Assembly: GCA_018304045.1 (NCBI GenBank)
Contig: JAGVWZ010000016.1
Span: 18,063-82,062 of the forward strand
Direction of reading: 5' to 3'
From: Candidatus Pacearchaeota archaeon
Lineage (GTDB): Archaea > Nanobdellota > Nanobdellia > Pacearchaeales > GW2011-AR1
DNA: 64,000 nt
The notes beneath the pieces are model-generated. The model saw only the letters and a list, made by a program, of their open reading frames with translations. It ran no database searches and was not told where the DNA came from. The position numbers and the translations under genes were made by a program. Below, piece after piece: positions 26,336 to 36,599 of this stretch; position 1 is the stretch's first letter; each line of letters opens with the position of its first letter.

Positions 26336-27955
26336 ATGTCAGATAAACAACCAATTTATATTATGCCTGAAAATACTGAAAGAACAATTGGCAGAGATGC
26401 CCAAAGAAACAATATTCTAGCTGCAAAACTAGTTGCAGAAGCAATTAAAACAACCCTCGGTCCAAAAGGTATGGATAAAATGCTTGTAGATTCTTTAGGA
26501 GACATTACAGTTACAAATGATGGAGTAACTATTCTAGAAAAAATGGACATAGAACATCCTGCTGCAAAAATGATGGTTGAAATTGCAAAGACTCAAGAAA
26601 GTGAAGTTGGAGATGGAACAACAACTGCTGTAATGTTAGCAGGAAAATTATTAGAAAATGCAGAAAAATTGCTTGATTTGAAAATACATCCAACAGTCAT
26701 AACAAAAGGATATAAATTAGCATCTGAAAAAGCAAAAGAAATCCTGAATAGAGAATCAATAGAAATAACATTGGATAATGAAGAACTTTTAATAAATATT
26801 GTTAAAACCGCAATGACAGGAAAAGGTGCAGAATCTGAAAAAGAAAAATTTTCAAAAATAATTGTTACTGCAATAAGCCAAATTGAAGAAAATAACAATG
26901 TTAATCTAAATAATATAAAAATAATAAAAAATAAATCTTCTGGCATAGAAGATACAGAACTAATAAGAGGAATTATAATTGATAAAGAGAGAGTTTCAAT
27001 AGACATGCCTCAAAAAATTGAAAATGCAAGAATTGCATTGATAAGTGAGCCATTGGAAGTTAAAAATCCCTCTCAAGAAGCAAAAATTTCAATTTCAACA
27101 CCAAGTCAATTGCAGGATTTCATAAACAGAGAAGAGCAAATGTTAAAACAGATTGTTGAAAAAATTAAACTATCAGGAGCAAATGTTATTTTTTGTCAAA
27201 AAGGAATTGATGATATTGTCCAGTATTATCTTGCAAAAGAAAATATCTATGCAACAAGAAGAGTCCCAAAATCAGACATGGAATCACTTTCTTCTGCAAC
27301 AGGTGCAAGAATAATAAGCAATTTAAATGAATTATCTCCATCAGAACTTGGAAGAGCAAAAATTGTAGAAGAAGTAAAACATGGAGATGAAGCAATGACT
27401 TATGTAAGAGGATGTGAAAATCCAAAAACACTAACAATTTTAATCCATGGCGGAAGTGAACATGTTTTAGATGAAATAGAAAGAGCATTTAAAGATGGTT
27501 TAGGGGATGTTGCCACAGTCATTAAAGATAGAACAATAGTTGCAGGTGCAGGAGCAATTGAAATGGAACTTTCAAAACAATTAAAAGAATTTTCTCAAAC
27601 ACTTTCAGGAAGAGAGCAGCTTGCTGTAAATGAATTTGCAAATTCACTGGAATTTATTCCCTCAACACTAGCTGAAAATGCAGGACTTGACCCAATAGAT
27701 GTTTTAACAGAATTAAAACAAAAACATGATGCAGGAGAAAAATATGCAGGAATAAATATTTTCACAAATAAAGTTGAAGATGTAGTTGAAAAAGGAATTC
27801 TAGAGCCTTCAAGAATAAAAAAACAAGCCATATCCTCTGCAACAGAAGTTGCCATAATGATTCTTAGAATAGATGATGTTCTTGCATCAAAAACAAGTCC
27901 AAGATCAAGCCCATCCATGGGCAGAGGAATGCCTGACATGTCAGGCATGGATTAA
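26336..27955 (+). CDS. ths: thermosome subunit (group II chaperonin)
   Basis: [32 protein letters not shown]-terminal GMPDMSGMD tail; preceded by GGGAGA RBS and AT-rich TATA-like tract. Confidence 0.95.
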   Translation: MSDKQPIYIMPENTERTIGRDAQRNNILAAKLVAEAIKTTLGPKGMDKMLVDSLGDITVTNDGVTILEKMDIEHPAAKMMVEIAKTQESEVGDGTTTAVMLAGKLLENAEKLLDLKIHPTVITKGYKLASEKAKEILNRESIEITLDNEELLINIVKTAMTGKGAESEKEKFSKIIVTAISQIEENNNVNLNNIKIIKNKSSGIEDTELIRGIIIDKERVSIDMPQKIENARIALISEPLEVKNPSQEAKISISTPSQLQDFINREEQMLKQIVEKIKLSGANVIFCQKGIDDIVQYYLAKENIYATRRVPKSDMESLSSATGARIISNLNELSPSELGRAKIVEEVKHGDEAMTYVRGCENPKTLTILIHGGSEHVLDEIERAFKDGLGDVATVIKDRTIVAGAGAIEMELSKQLKEFSQTLSGREQLAVNEFANSLEFIPSTLAENAGLDPIDVLTELKQKHDAGEKYAGINIFTNKVEDVVEKGILEPSRIKKQAISSATEVAIMILRIDDVLASKTSPRSSPSMGRGMPDMSGMD

Positions 27956-28299
27956 TACTTCCCAATATAATAATGTTTAAAAAGAAGTTTAATTAAATAT
28001 AATTATATCAACAGGTCTAGATCCAAATTTAGGATGTAAAACACTTTATGTTTATGGAAATCCTGATGATAAAACAAAACCTAATCCTTGTGTAGAATAT
28101 CTTACTTCCCCCCAGCAGGAGAGCTAGGTAATCAAGGAGTAGGAGATTTAAACTCACTTCTTCCAACTTTTAGAAAACTAATTAATGCAGGTTATAAACT
28201 TCATATAGGTAAACCCAACTCTAGCCCCTCTTGTTTAGATGAAAGAACTTTAAAATTTCTTTTAGAATTTACTCAAAGCAAATAGAAAAATTATAATTT

Positions 28300-28509
28300 T
28301 TATTCCCCACACATTAATTCAGAATATCCTTCAAATAATGGTGCAGGTCCAAGTTCTCTAGCAGGACTTTTTCTAGATGTCTTAACAGCAGGAACAGAAA
28401 TAATTCTTTTAGCTAATCCTCCACAATCACACTTATCTCTATCTCTTAATTCTCTTTGAATTCTTTCATACACCCCACATTTAGTACATTGATATTCATA
28501 GATTGGCAT
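28300..28509 (-). CDS. FmdB-family zinc-ribbon protein
   Basis: MPIYEYQCTKCG...CDCGG pattern (MPIYEY(R/Q)C..C start typical of FmdB-family regulatory zinc ribbons). Confidence 0.55.
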   Translation of the reverse strand: MPIYEYQCTKCGVYERIQRELRDRDKCDCGGLAKRIISVPAVKTSRKSPARELGPAPLFEGYSELMCGE

Positions 28510-28613
28510 GAATAATTAATTAAAAATCAATTTATAAAAATATAGGTAAAAAATTATATAATCTTATATCATAATACAATAATACTTATAAATCAATAAA
28601 ACATAGAATAAAA

Positions 28614-29135
28614 ATGCTTACTGAATTAGACACATCAGAAGGAAAAAGATATACACCAATTCCTAAACCAGATGTAGACGAATTTAACAGATTATATAAT
28701 GCTCTTCCACACCAAAATTTACCAAATCCAAGGAGAATTCTTGCATTAGATATGGGATCAAGACTCTATATTGAAATGTGTTTAGAAGGTATAAGACCGC
28801 ATATATATGAAAAAACAACAGAAATTTATGACTTATTTGTTAGAGATGAAACTCATTTAGAATTAGTAAGAAGCGGTTGTCCATGGGATCATGCCTCAAA
28901 TCAATTTACAAGCCTATCTGCAGAACAATACAAACAAACAAGAGACAAAGTCCTCGCAGGACTTGCATTAAGGGCAATTGAATTATTCACAGACTGGGAA
29001 GGAAAAATAAGCCCGCCAGGTAGGCGAGATGAACAACAAAACTATGTCCATGATGATAAAAGAAATCTAAGGGCTGACCTAAGAGATTACATAGCAAGAG
29101 CAGAACAATTATTACAACAACCTCAAGCAGCCTAA
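28614..29135 (+). CDS. hypothetical protein, paralog of 29182..29664
   Basis: Shared blocks RLYIEMCLEG...YDLFVRDETHLELVRSG / RIYIEWCLEQ...YEKFIADETIYELERST and C-terminal NLRADLRDYIARAEQLLQQPQAA / NLRCDLKPFLERMHQQTAA; GC-richer than neighbours. Confidence 0.45.
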   Translation: MLTELDTSEGKRYTPIPKPDVDEFNRLYNALPHQNLPNPRRILALDMGSRLYIEMCLEGIRPHIYEKTTEIYDLFVRDETHLELVRSGCPWDHASNQFTSLSAEQYKQTRDKVLAGLALRAIELFTDWEGKISPPGRRDEQQNYVHDDKRNLRADLRDYIARAEQLLQQPQAA

Positions 29136-29181
29136 GCTTAATAACAACAATATTTAAAAATAAACAAGAATTATATAAAAA

Positions 29182-29664
29182 ATGAGATTATATAATTGTC
29201 TTTTGCAACAATCCTGGTTTGAAGGATTGCCAGAAGCAAGAATTCCCTATGGCGATGAAGATAAAATTAGAGAATATTTTGATTCTTCTGAACTTTCAAA
29301 AGAAATATCCCCAGATGATTTTTTATTTGTTATAAGAAAAAGAATTTATATTGAATGGTGTTTAGAACAAGAATCAAAAGGCCTTAAAACTGGAGAAGGA
29401 AGGGATTTTGATTATAGGGTCTATGAAAAATTCATAGCAGATGAAACTATTTATGAATTAGAAAGATCAACTGCTCCTGAAGAAAGAAGTGATAGGGGAG
29501 TTTACTATGGGGCAAGACATAGAGTTTTAGAAGCATTTGTTCAAAATGCAGCACTTTTTTTAAAAGAAAATCAAGGTATTGATGGAAAGGATGGTAACCA
29601 TAGAAATTTAAGATGTGATCTAAAACCTTTCTTAGAAAGAATGCATCAACAAACCGCAGCATAA
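29182..29664 (+). CDS. hypothetical protein, paralog of 28614..29135
   Basis: See 28614..29135. Confidence 0.45.
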   Translation: MRLYNCLLQQSWFEGLPEARIPYGDEDKIREYFDSSELSKEISPDDFLFVIRKRIYIEWCLEQESKGLKTGEGRDFDYRVYEKFIADETIYELERSTAPEERSDRGVYYGARHRVLEAFVQNAALFLKENQGIDGKDGNHRNLRCDLKPFLERMHQQTAA

Positions 29665-29709
29665 AATATAATTAATTTACAATTAGCATCAATTTTTATC
29701 TACTTATCT

Positions 29710-29967
29710 TTAATATTCTATTTCAACCTTTGTTCCTTTAGGAACCGCTAGAACTAAAAGAGGAACTCCGCTACACAAAGGACAACCAGAACTATAATCT
29801 GCTTTTCCAGGCTTTGAACTTCCTATTAAAGGTTTTGCAGGAACACTTAAAACTCTTTCAGCAAGTCCGCCACAATCAATACATGATTGGGTTTTAGAAG
29901 CAGTGCTAGGTTCAAGTTGATCATATAATCTATCACATTGGTTACATCGATATTCATAGATTGGCAT
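29710..29967 (-). CDS. FmdB-family zinc-ribbon protein (second copy)
   Basis: MPIYEYRCNQCD...CIDCGG. Confidence 0.55.
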   Translation of the reverse strand: MPIYEYRCNQCDRLYDQLEPSTASKTQSCIDCGGLAERVLSVPAKPLIGSSKPGKADYSSGCPLCSGVPLLVLAVPKGTKVEIEY

Positions 29968-30315
29968 GAAAAAACAAAGAAATAGGTGCTTTAAAAATCT
30001 TTGGATTGAGTTTAGTAGTTGAACATTTGTCTAACAAGCTGAAATAAGTATAGCCATAATTTATCTGAGAAAGTCTTTTATGAAAAGATTTCCATACAGT
30101 TTAGATGAAAGAAGTTATAGATATTCTACAGAATCAATAAAACTACTGCTTTACTATAAAAACTAAACAAGTTCTTAGAAAAACGAATCTATGAGTTTTA
30201 AAATACTTTTGTAGATACTGATTATTATTTATTAAATATCTGCGAATAAACAATAACAATAGCAGATATAATCTCATACACAAATCCTTAAAAACCACTG
30301 AGAATTAAAATAAAA

Positions 30316-30858
30316 ATGCAAGAAGATGATTTTCATTCAGCAACAATCTATGTTTGGGAAAATGGTGCTTCTATAGATATTTCTAATATGCTTTCTGTTT
30401 TAGGTGGCAGATTAGCTCCAACAATGAGAGAATTAGAAATTAAGATGTTAATACAACCTTGTGTTCCTCTCCACATCACAAGAGATTTCAAAATTTATCA
30501 AGTAACAGGACAAATGAATGAAAAGAATCAACGATTAAAAACAACATTAAGTAATTCACTTGCATATATTGCAGATCACAGAAGTCCTGGTTTTTCAACT
30601 GTCCTTCTTGAAGAAAGATTAGCAAAGTTAGGTTTAGTATTGCCAGATCATGAGCTTAGATTTCTTCCAAGAACAGAACAAGGAGCAATGCCAAACTATG
30701 AAAAAGTTTCTCAAGTTGCAGCCTATCTTGAATTAAGGGGTCAACCAAGTTTAGAAGTTCTAGCAGTTCCAGGCACAAATATAGAAGATGAGCAACTTTA
30801 TGCTTCAAGAGAAATTGCTAGAAAATTAGGCATGCCTCTGGAAATAACATCTGCATAA
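30316..30858 (+). CDS. hypothetical protein
   Basis: ORF only; elevated GC. Confidence 0.35.
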   Translation: MQEDDFHSATIYVWENGASIDISNMLSVLGGRLAPTMRELEIKMLIQPCVPLHITRDFKIYQVTGQMNEKNQRLKTTLSNSLAYIADHRSPGFSTVLLEERLAKLGLVLPDHELRFLPRTEQGAMPNYEKVSQVAAYLELRGQPSLEVLAVPGTNIEDEQLYASREIARKLGMPLEITSA

Positions 30859-30863
30859 TAATT

Positions 30864-32372
30864 CTAAACTCTAAAATCAGTAGGCTTAAAACAATCAACA
30901 CAAACCTTCTTTTTTAATTTAAAATCAATTTTACTACATCTGCTGCACATTTCCTTGCCACAAATACCACATCTAAAAAAGTTAGCTTTGTTTGAAAACT
31001 TATTGCATATGGAACAATATTTTGCGCAATGATTGCAAATATGTCTTCCAGTTAAATTATCTAAACACATATCAGAAGAACAAGCATATTTATTGCATAT
31101 AGAACATCTTGCTCCACATTTAATACAAACACCTCTTCCACAAATATTGCAACTAAGCTTTTCACATTTTTCACAGGTTTCAGTTCCACATACACATCTA
31201 TTGCCACAACCTTCACAGTAAATATGATTTGAATGACAAATATTTACCTTAGCAAGTTTTTCCCCACAATTTTCACAATTTAAAGAACTTAATTCTTTTT
31301 TAACAGGATTAAAAACAAGATTGATATGTTTTACATGCTTATTCTTATTGAGAAGAGAAACATCAATATTATAAATAGGATAATAAATAATAGAAGTATT
31401 GATTAATTTATTATTTACATTTAAACTATGTTTGCTTTTTTCATCATTTATATAAACATCCCTTTCTTTTTCAACCCTATTCATATCATCAGAATTCTTT
31501 ATCTTTTCAATATTTGATTTTAATCTTTTTATTTTTTCTTCAGCTCCAACAACATCTTTTTCAATTCCCTTCCTAATTCTTTCTTTCAATGAAAGAATAT
31601 TTTCTTCATTTCTTTTTATCTCAGAATTAAACTCATCCATTTGATGAAGATAATGTGATTTTATTCTATTCATAGCACTTTCAAGTGAAAAATTAAGTTT
31701 GTCAACTATTTCCTTTGTTTTTTCATTAATATTTTCCTTTAACTTTTTCTTAGAAATAATATATTCTTCATTTATATCTTTAATATTAATCTCTTCTTTT
31801 TTACCTTCAACAGAATCAAAATCTTCAACATCAAATTTATCTAATATTTTTTTATCCTTGATATAAATAGAACTTGTTATCTGCTCCCTTTCATTTAAAT
31901 ACTGAAAGTTTGTAAGAAAAATAAATCTTATTATATAATCATAATTTATCTTATCATCAATACCTTTCAGAACATAGCCATTTAAATCAATTTCTTTTAA
32001 AACCAAATCTTTCAGATTAGGATTAAAATTAAGTCTCAATAATGTTGTCTGTCCTCTTTCTTCAAGGTAATTAGCTATTATTTTTAATAAAACACTTCCC
32101 CTTGCAACCAATTCAGAATTTTCATGTTTGTCATAGTCTTCTCTGTTAAAAACTAAAAAATAAGGTCCTTTTTTTCCAAAATCTTTTTCAAAATCCTCAG
32201 GAACATTATTAATAACTAAAACTTTGCCATCCCAATTAATTTTACATTTTAGATTTTTAAAAAAACCCTCTGCAAGTTTCATTATATTTTCTTCTTCTTT
32301 AGCCATTTTATGAATCAAGTATCTCCTCATTATATTTTTTTGAATTACTATAGGCTTCCATGCCTTCTTCAA
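30864..32372 (-). CDS. coiled-coil protein with C-terminal cluster of ~8 CxxC zinc-ribbon motifs; partner of SNF2 helicase
   Basis: C-terminal 130 aa contain ~14 CxxC/CxxxC pairs (CENCGEK...CEGCGNRC...CEKCEK...CNICGRG...CIKCGARC...CNHCAKYC...CGICGKEMCSRC...CVDC); central Lys/Glu coiled coil; overlaps the upstream helicase gene by 65 nt. Confidence 0.5.
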   Translation of the reverse strand: MKKAWKPIVIQKNIMRRYLIHKMAKEEENIMKLAEGFFKNLKCKINWDGKVLVINNVPEDFEKDFGKKGPYFLVFNREDYDKHENSELVARGSVLLKIIANYLEERGQTTLLRLNFNPNLKDLVLKEIDLNGYVLKGIDDKINYDYIIRFIFLTNFQYLNEREQITSSIYIKDKKILDKFDVEDFDSVEGKKEEINIKDINEEYIISKKKLKENINEKTKEIVDKLNFSLESAMNRIKSHYLHQMDEFNSEIKRNEENILSLKERIRKGIEKDVVGAEEKIKRLKSNIEKIKNSDDMNRVEKERDVYINDEKSKHSLNVNNKLINTSIIYYPIYNIDVSLLNKNKHVKHINLVFNPVKKELSSLNCENCGEKLAKVNICHSNHIYCEGCGNRCVCGTETCEKCEKLSCNICGRGVCIKCGARCSICNKYACSSDMCLDNLTGRHICNHCAKYCSICNKFSNKANFFRCGICGKEMCSRCSKIDFKLKKKVCVDCFKPTDFRV

Positions 32373-34086
32373 TCATTTGAGCTATTTCCTCAACACCTTT
32401 TGAAAATATTTCTAGATTATTTTTTGAGTCTATAAATTTATTCATAAGCATTTCTTCAATCTTATTATAACCATTTTCGCTTTTACCATCTAAACCAAGA
32501 TTAAATAAAATTATTGGAAGTTCACCAATAACAAGTCCAATACAGCACATTTTATTTATTATTAAATCAACAACATGTTCTTCCATTGTTCCCTTAGTTG
32601 CAAGGCTAAAAATATTCATGTCGTGATTCTGCCCAATTCTATCAATTCTTCCGATTCTTTGTTCAACAGACATTGGATTCCATGGTAAATCATAGTTAAT
32701 AATATTATGGCAGAATTGAAAATTTAATCCTTCACATCCTGTTTCAGTTGAAATCAATATATTTGCACTTTCTTTAAACTCTTTTATTATAGCTGTCTTA
32801 CCTTCCCTATCAATTCCACCCATGAATTCTAATACCTTAAGATTATAGGGTTTTAGTTTCTCAGAAATATATCTTAAAGTAGTAGGATGTTTAGTATAAA
32901 TAAGAATCTTCTGATTTCTGTCTTCCTTTAACAACTCATCAACAATTTCAATTAATTTTTCAATTTTTGAATCTTTTTTCAAATTTTTATATTTTTCAAC
33001 TATTCCAAGTGCAAATTGCTTTGTATCATTATGATACTTTTCATTATTAGAAATATTAGTCAAAGTCTCAATTGCAGATATTGAAGAACTAGTTATCTTA
33101 GGAAGTATAGCATAAATAGCCAGTTTTCCATTAATCTTATCACCATTAACTCCAAAATATCTCGTTTTCAACAACTCACAAATATCCTCATATATCTCTG
33201 TTTCTTCCTTAGATAGTTCAACACTGACAATCCTAGGAATCCTTTTCATATAGCTCACAGTTGTTTCAGATCTCTTTCTTCTGACCATAACTTCATCTAA
33301 TTTTCTTTTCAAGTCCCTAGGATTTATAGGAATTCTTTTATTACCCCGATCTAAAAACTGTCCCTTAAACTGGTTTACAGTGCCAAGATGCCCTCTTTTT
33401 AATAAATGTAGAAGATTATACAGCTCAATTAAATCATTTTGAAAAGGAGTTGCAGTAAGAATCAAAAATCTTTTTTTCTGTATTTTATCAACAAACTTCC
33501 ATCTTGTTGTTCGCCTATCTTTTAATTTATGAGCCTCATCAACAATTAATAAATCCCAGGAAATATTATGGCATTGTTCATGTTTAAATTTTTTATTCTC
33601 TCTGTCATAGGACTTGACTCTATCAATAGAAGCTATAGCAAGATTATACTTTTCCCAATCATTTTCATTTTCTATTATTCCAAAATCAATTTCAAACTTT
33701 TCTTTTAGTTCAGCAACCCACTGATCAACTAAAGATGGAGGAGTAAGTATTAATACTCTTTTTACAAATCCTCTTTCAATACATTCCTTTAATATTAAAC
33801 CCGTTGTTATTGTTTTTCCAAGTCCAACCTCATCCGCAAGCAATGCATTACCATTGAATTCTCTCAATATTCTTAAAGCACCTTCTGGCTGATGAGGCAG
33901 TTCATAGACAAGATTTTTCTTTATAGAAGGATAAGTAATTAATTCATTTATTTCATTTTCCCTAGATATTTCATTAGCTTCAATTTTAAGATTTAAAAGT
34001 TCCTCTGAATCAAAATTAATCTTCTTTATATTCCCAAATAGGTCTTCATAATCTGAAAAACTTTCATTTATTATAATATCTTCCAT
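32308..34086 (-). CDS. SNF2/SWI2-family helicase core (592 aa)
   Basis: Motif I DEVGLGKT, motif II LLIVDEAHKLK, motif III LILTATPFQN, helicase-C block ETGCEGLNFQ...NYDLPWNP...QRIGRIDRIGQ. Confidence 0.85.
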   Translation of the reverse strand: MEDIIINESFSDYEDLFGNIKKINFDSEELLNLKIEANEISRENEINELITYPSIKKNLVYELPHQPEGALRILREFNGNALLADEVGLGKTITTGLILKECIERGFVKRVLILTPPSLVDQWVAELKEKFEIDFGIIENENDWEKYNLAIASIDRVKSYDRENKKFKHEQCHNISWDLLIVDEAHKLKDRRTTRWKFVDKIQKKRFLILTATPFQNDLIELYNLLHLLKRGHLGTVNQFKGQFLDRGNKRIPINPRDLKRKLDEVMVRRKRSETTVSYMKRIPRIVSVELSKEETEIYEDICELLKTRYFGVNGDKINGKLAIYAILPKITSSSISAIETLTNISNNEKYHNDTKQFALGIVEKYKNLKKDSKIEKLIEIVDELLKEDRNQKILIYTKHPTTLRYISEKLKPYNLKVLEFMGGIDREGKTAIIKEFKESANILISTETGCEGLNFQFCHNIINYDLPWNPMSVEQRIGRIDRIGQNHDMNIFSLATKGTMEEHVVDLIINKMCCIGLVIGELPIILFNLGLDGKSENGYNKIEEMLMNKFIDSKNNLEIFSKGVEEIAQMIEEGMEAYSNSKKYNEEILDS

Positions 34087-34213
34087 AAATCACCTTTAAA
34101 TAGTATTTCATAATGAGAATTAGACTATTTAATTTTAATTATTATATGAGCTGTCAAATTAACGTCAGGTGATTTAAAGCAAAGTTTTTAAATTAGTCAA
34201 AGTTAGATTTAAA

Positions 34214-34687
34214 ATGCTAAAAAAAGGTTTAGGGCTTATAGGTCTTGTAGTTACAATTTTAATATTCTTTAGTGGAGGATTGTTTAGTTTTTACTTTTTT
34301 GATATTAAGACAAGTATTCCATTACTTAATGCACTTATTATAACAATAAAACCGTTTATACTCCCAATTGCTATTTTTTGTGTTATACCTTTAATTGTGT
34401 TTATAATCTGCGTATTGAGAGCAAAACCCAATACTAATATAGATGAGATATTCTTTTGGAAAATATTGAATTTAATTACTCATCTTATATTATTAATTTT
34501 AATATTATTTATTATTGGTTGGTTTTGGGCATTGATGATGATAGGATTAATGATAATTTCAAATAATATTAATATTTCATTAATAATCCCCTGCATCATA
34601 GTAATTGTTTCTATATTTGTAATAGATGCATTAGTACAAAAACATTTTAAGATTAGATATTATAATATACTTCATTGGCTTAAATAG
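34214..34687 (+). CDS. integral membrane protein
   Basis: Four to five TM helices. Confidence 0.35.
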   Translation: MLKKGLGLIGLVVTILIFFSGGLFSFYFFDIKTSIPLLNALIITIKPFILPIAIFCVIPLIVFIICVLRAKPNTNIDEIFFWKILNLITHLILLILILFIIGWFWALMMIGLMIISNNINISLIIPCIIVIVSIFVIDALVQKHFKIRYYNILHWLK

Positions 34688-35549
34688 AAGCCATTTTAAT
34701 TAATCCCAACCATCTATTTTCTCCTAAATCTAAATCTTGACCTGCAAGAGAACAAGGAACTTGTTTAGTTGTGGTATGTTCTTCTATAAAATTATGTTGT
34801 ATGGTTAGACCTGCCATGATTATTGGAGCAGACCAAAGGGCTTTCAATCCTCTAAAATCATCAACTCTATCTTTAATCTTCATAAAAACAGTTTCTATTT
34901 TATAATTATGAATATGAGTTTTATGATAATTTTGTATTTTATGCTCTACTTCATAACCACCACCAAAACCTAATTTATTATTGTAAAACATTTTTTTAAA
35001 TGCCTTAGGATAGAAAACTCCTGCATCTGTTTGAATAAACTTGGGTTTTCCTTTGCTTATTGCTTTCTCTAAGAATATTTTTGCTTGATTAGGATTTGTA
35101 GCTGTGCTATAATGTATTCCAGTAATCATTCTAGTATTCCAGTCAACACAACACCAATATTTATCTAAATGCCCACTTCTATTGATTACTGTTTCATCAG
35201 CATAAAATGAATTACCTAGATTATAACCTAATTTTTCAACAAAGTTATAAACCTTTAGAGCATACTTGTAAACCCAGTTTAAAATAGTTTGATGGCTTAC
35301 TTTAAAATTGAAATGTCTTTTTAATTGGTTTCTCATTTTTCTGCTTGAAAGGTTTGATAAGTACATATCAATGGACATAGCAATAGTTCTATTATCAGTT
35401 CTCATCCTATAAAAGCCATTGTCAGCAGTAAAGTATTTCTTACAATCAGAACAATAGTATTTCTGAATCTTACCTCTATTTTCAGTTTTTCTGTATCCTT
35501 GCTTTGAAAAGTTGATACTTCCACAATGCTTACATTTTATTTCTTGTTT
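34680..35549 (-). CDS. IS6-like DDE transposase with N-terminal zinc finger
   Basis: N-terminal CKHCGS...CSDCKKYF zinc finger; DDE candidates ADETVIN / IQTDAGVFYPKAFK / NFIEEHTTTK resemble the IS6/IS26 DETY...TDKAPAY...IEQ spacing; probable start at MKQEIKCKHCG. Confidence 0.5.
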   Translation of the reverse strand, partial: KQEIKCKHCGSINFSKQGYRKTENRGKIQKYYCSDCKKYFTADNGFYRMRTDNRTIAMSIDMYLSNLSSRKMRNQLKRHFNFKVSHQTILNWVYKYALKVYNFVEKLGYNLGNSFYADETVINRSGHLDKYWCCVDWNTRMITGIHYSTATNPNQAKIFLEKAISKGKPKFIQTDAGVFYPKAFKKMFYNNKLGFGGGYEVEHKIQNYHKTHIHNYKIETVFMKIKDRVDDFRGLKALWSAPIIMAGLTIQHNFIEEHTTTKQVPCSLAGQDLDLGENRWLGLIKMASI

Positions 35550-35680
35550 CATAATATATTCATGTACCTGAACTATATAAATGTTTCGGTACATGAAAAA
35601 GATATTTAAATACAAAAAAGCTTATAAACTGATAAAAAGAAGAGAAGAAAAGGTAATTGTGATATAACCAAGATTTAAAA

Positions 35681-35944
35681 ATGACTTTTAATAATAACAC
35701 TATGGATGAAAATTTATCTCATGATTTAGAAAGATTTCAAGAAGATATTTTATATTTTGAAAATAAAAAAGAGGAATTAAGAGCAGAATTCTTAAATAAA
35801 TTTGTTGCAATAAAAAATAAGAGGATTATAGATTCTGGTAACTCCATAGAAGAGCTAAGGAACCGATTAGAAAACAATAATCAAGACCCTGCAAGAATAA
35901 TAATAGAATTTGTACCAGAAGAAGAAACTATAATGATTTTATAA
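35681..35944 (+). CDS. hypothetical coiled-coil protein
   Basis: ORF only; adjacent to the aspartic protease gene with a 1-bp gap. Confidence 0.3.
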   Translation: MTFNNNTMDENLSHDLERFQEDILYFENKKEELRAEFLNKFVAIKNKRIIDSGNSIEELRNRLENNNQDPARIIIEFVPEEETIMIL

Positions 35945-36382
35945 ATGACAAAAATTCCTTTGTTTATGGGTAAGAGTCTTGGTTTTGATAGATATATGGT
36001 TTCAATGTCTGTTAAATATTGTAATTTACCCTGTTTTTTTACTAAAGCTATTGTGGATACTGGATGCCCTTATACAATTATAAGCGAGAGTACATTAAAA
36101 AAGACAAGGATACCTTATAATGATAAACCATTTAAATGCCAAGTTCAATTAGGAAATATTCCTTTAGAATTAAAAGAACTAGGTATTTGTGAACTTCAAT
36201 TTAGAGATGAAAATGGGAATATTATAAAATTTAAACAAGAAATTTATGTTGGAATTCCTATAATGAAGGGGTATCTCGCCCAAGAACTTCCAAGTTTTAT
36301 CGGGAAAGATTTAATGGATACAAATTTTATATCGGTAATAAATAAAAAAGATGGTTCTAGTCATTTATATTTAGATGATTAA
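35945..36382 (+). CDS. retropepsin-like (clan AA) aspartic peptidase
   Basis: Active-site motif AIVDTGCPYTIIS (D-T-G) in a ~145-aa protein, as in archaeal AF_0612-type aspartic proteases. Confidence 0.5.
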   Translation: MTKIPLFMGKSLGFDRYMVSMSVKYCNLPCFFTKAIVDTGCPYTIISESTLKKTRIPYNDKPFKCQVQLGNIPLELKELGICELQFRDENGNIIKFKQEIYVGIPIMKGYLAQELPSFIGKDLMDTNFISVINKKDGSSHLYLDD

Positions 36383-36599
36383 ATTAATAATTTATTCTTT
36401 TTCAATTAAAATTTTTCCATCATTCAATGATGCTTTAAGTTCTTTTCCTAATAACTTAGATTCTTTTACGACATCCTTAGGTAAAATTAAAATATATCTA
36501 TTATAAGTAACATCACCTATTTTCTTGTCTAATACTTCACGAATTTTCATAGAATAAACAGGTACATGAAGTATTTAAAACTTTAGGTACATGAAAGAA

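Noticed and set aside
26356-27948. Several antisense ORFs inside the thermosome gene (26356..26550, 26593..27006, 27186..27488, 27595..27948)
   Set aside because: Embedded opposite a highly conserved chaperonin CDS; artefacts of AT-rich sequence.
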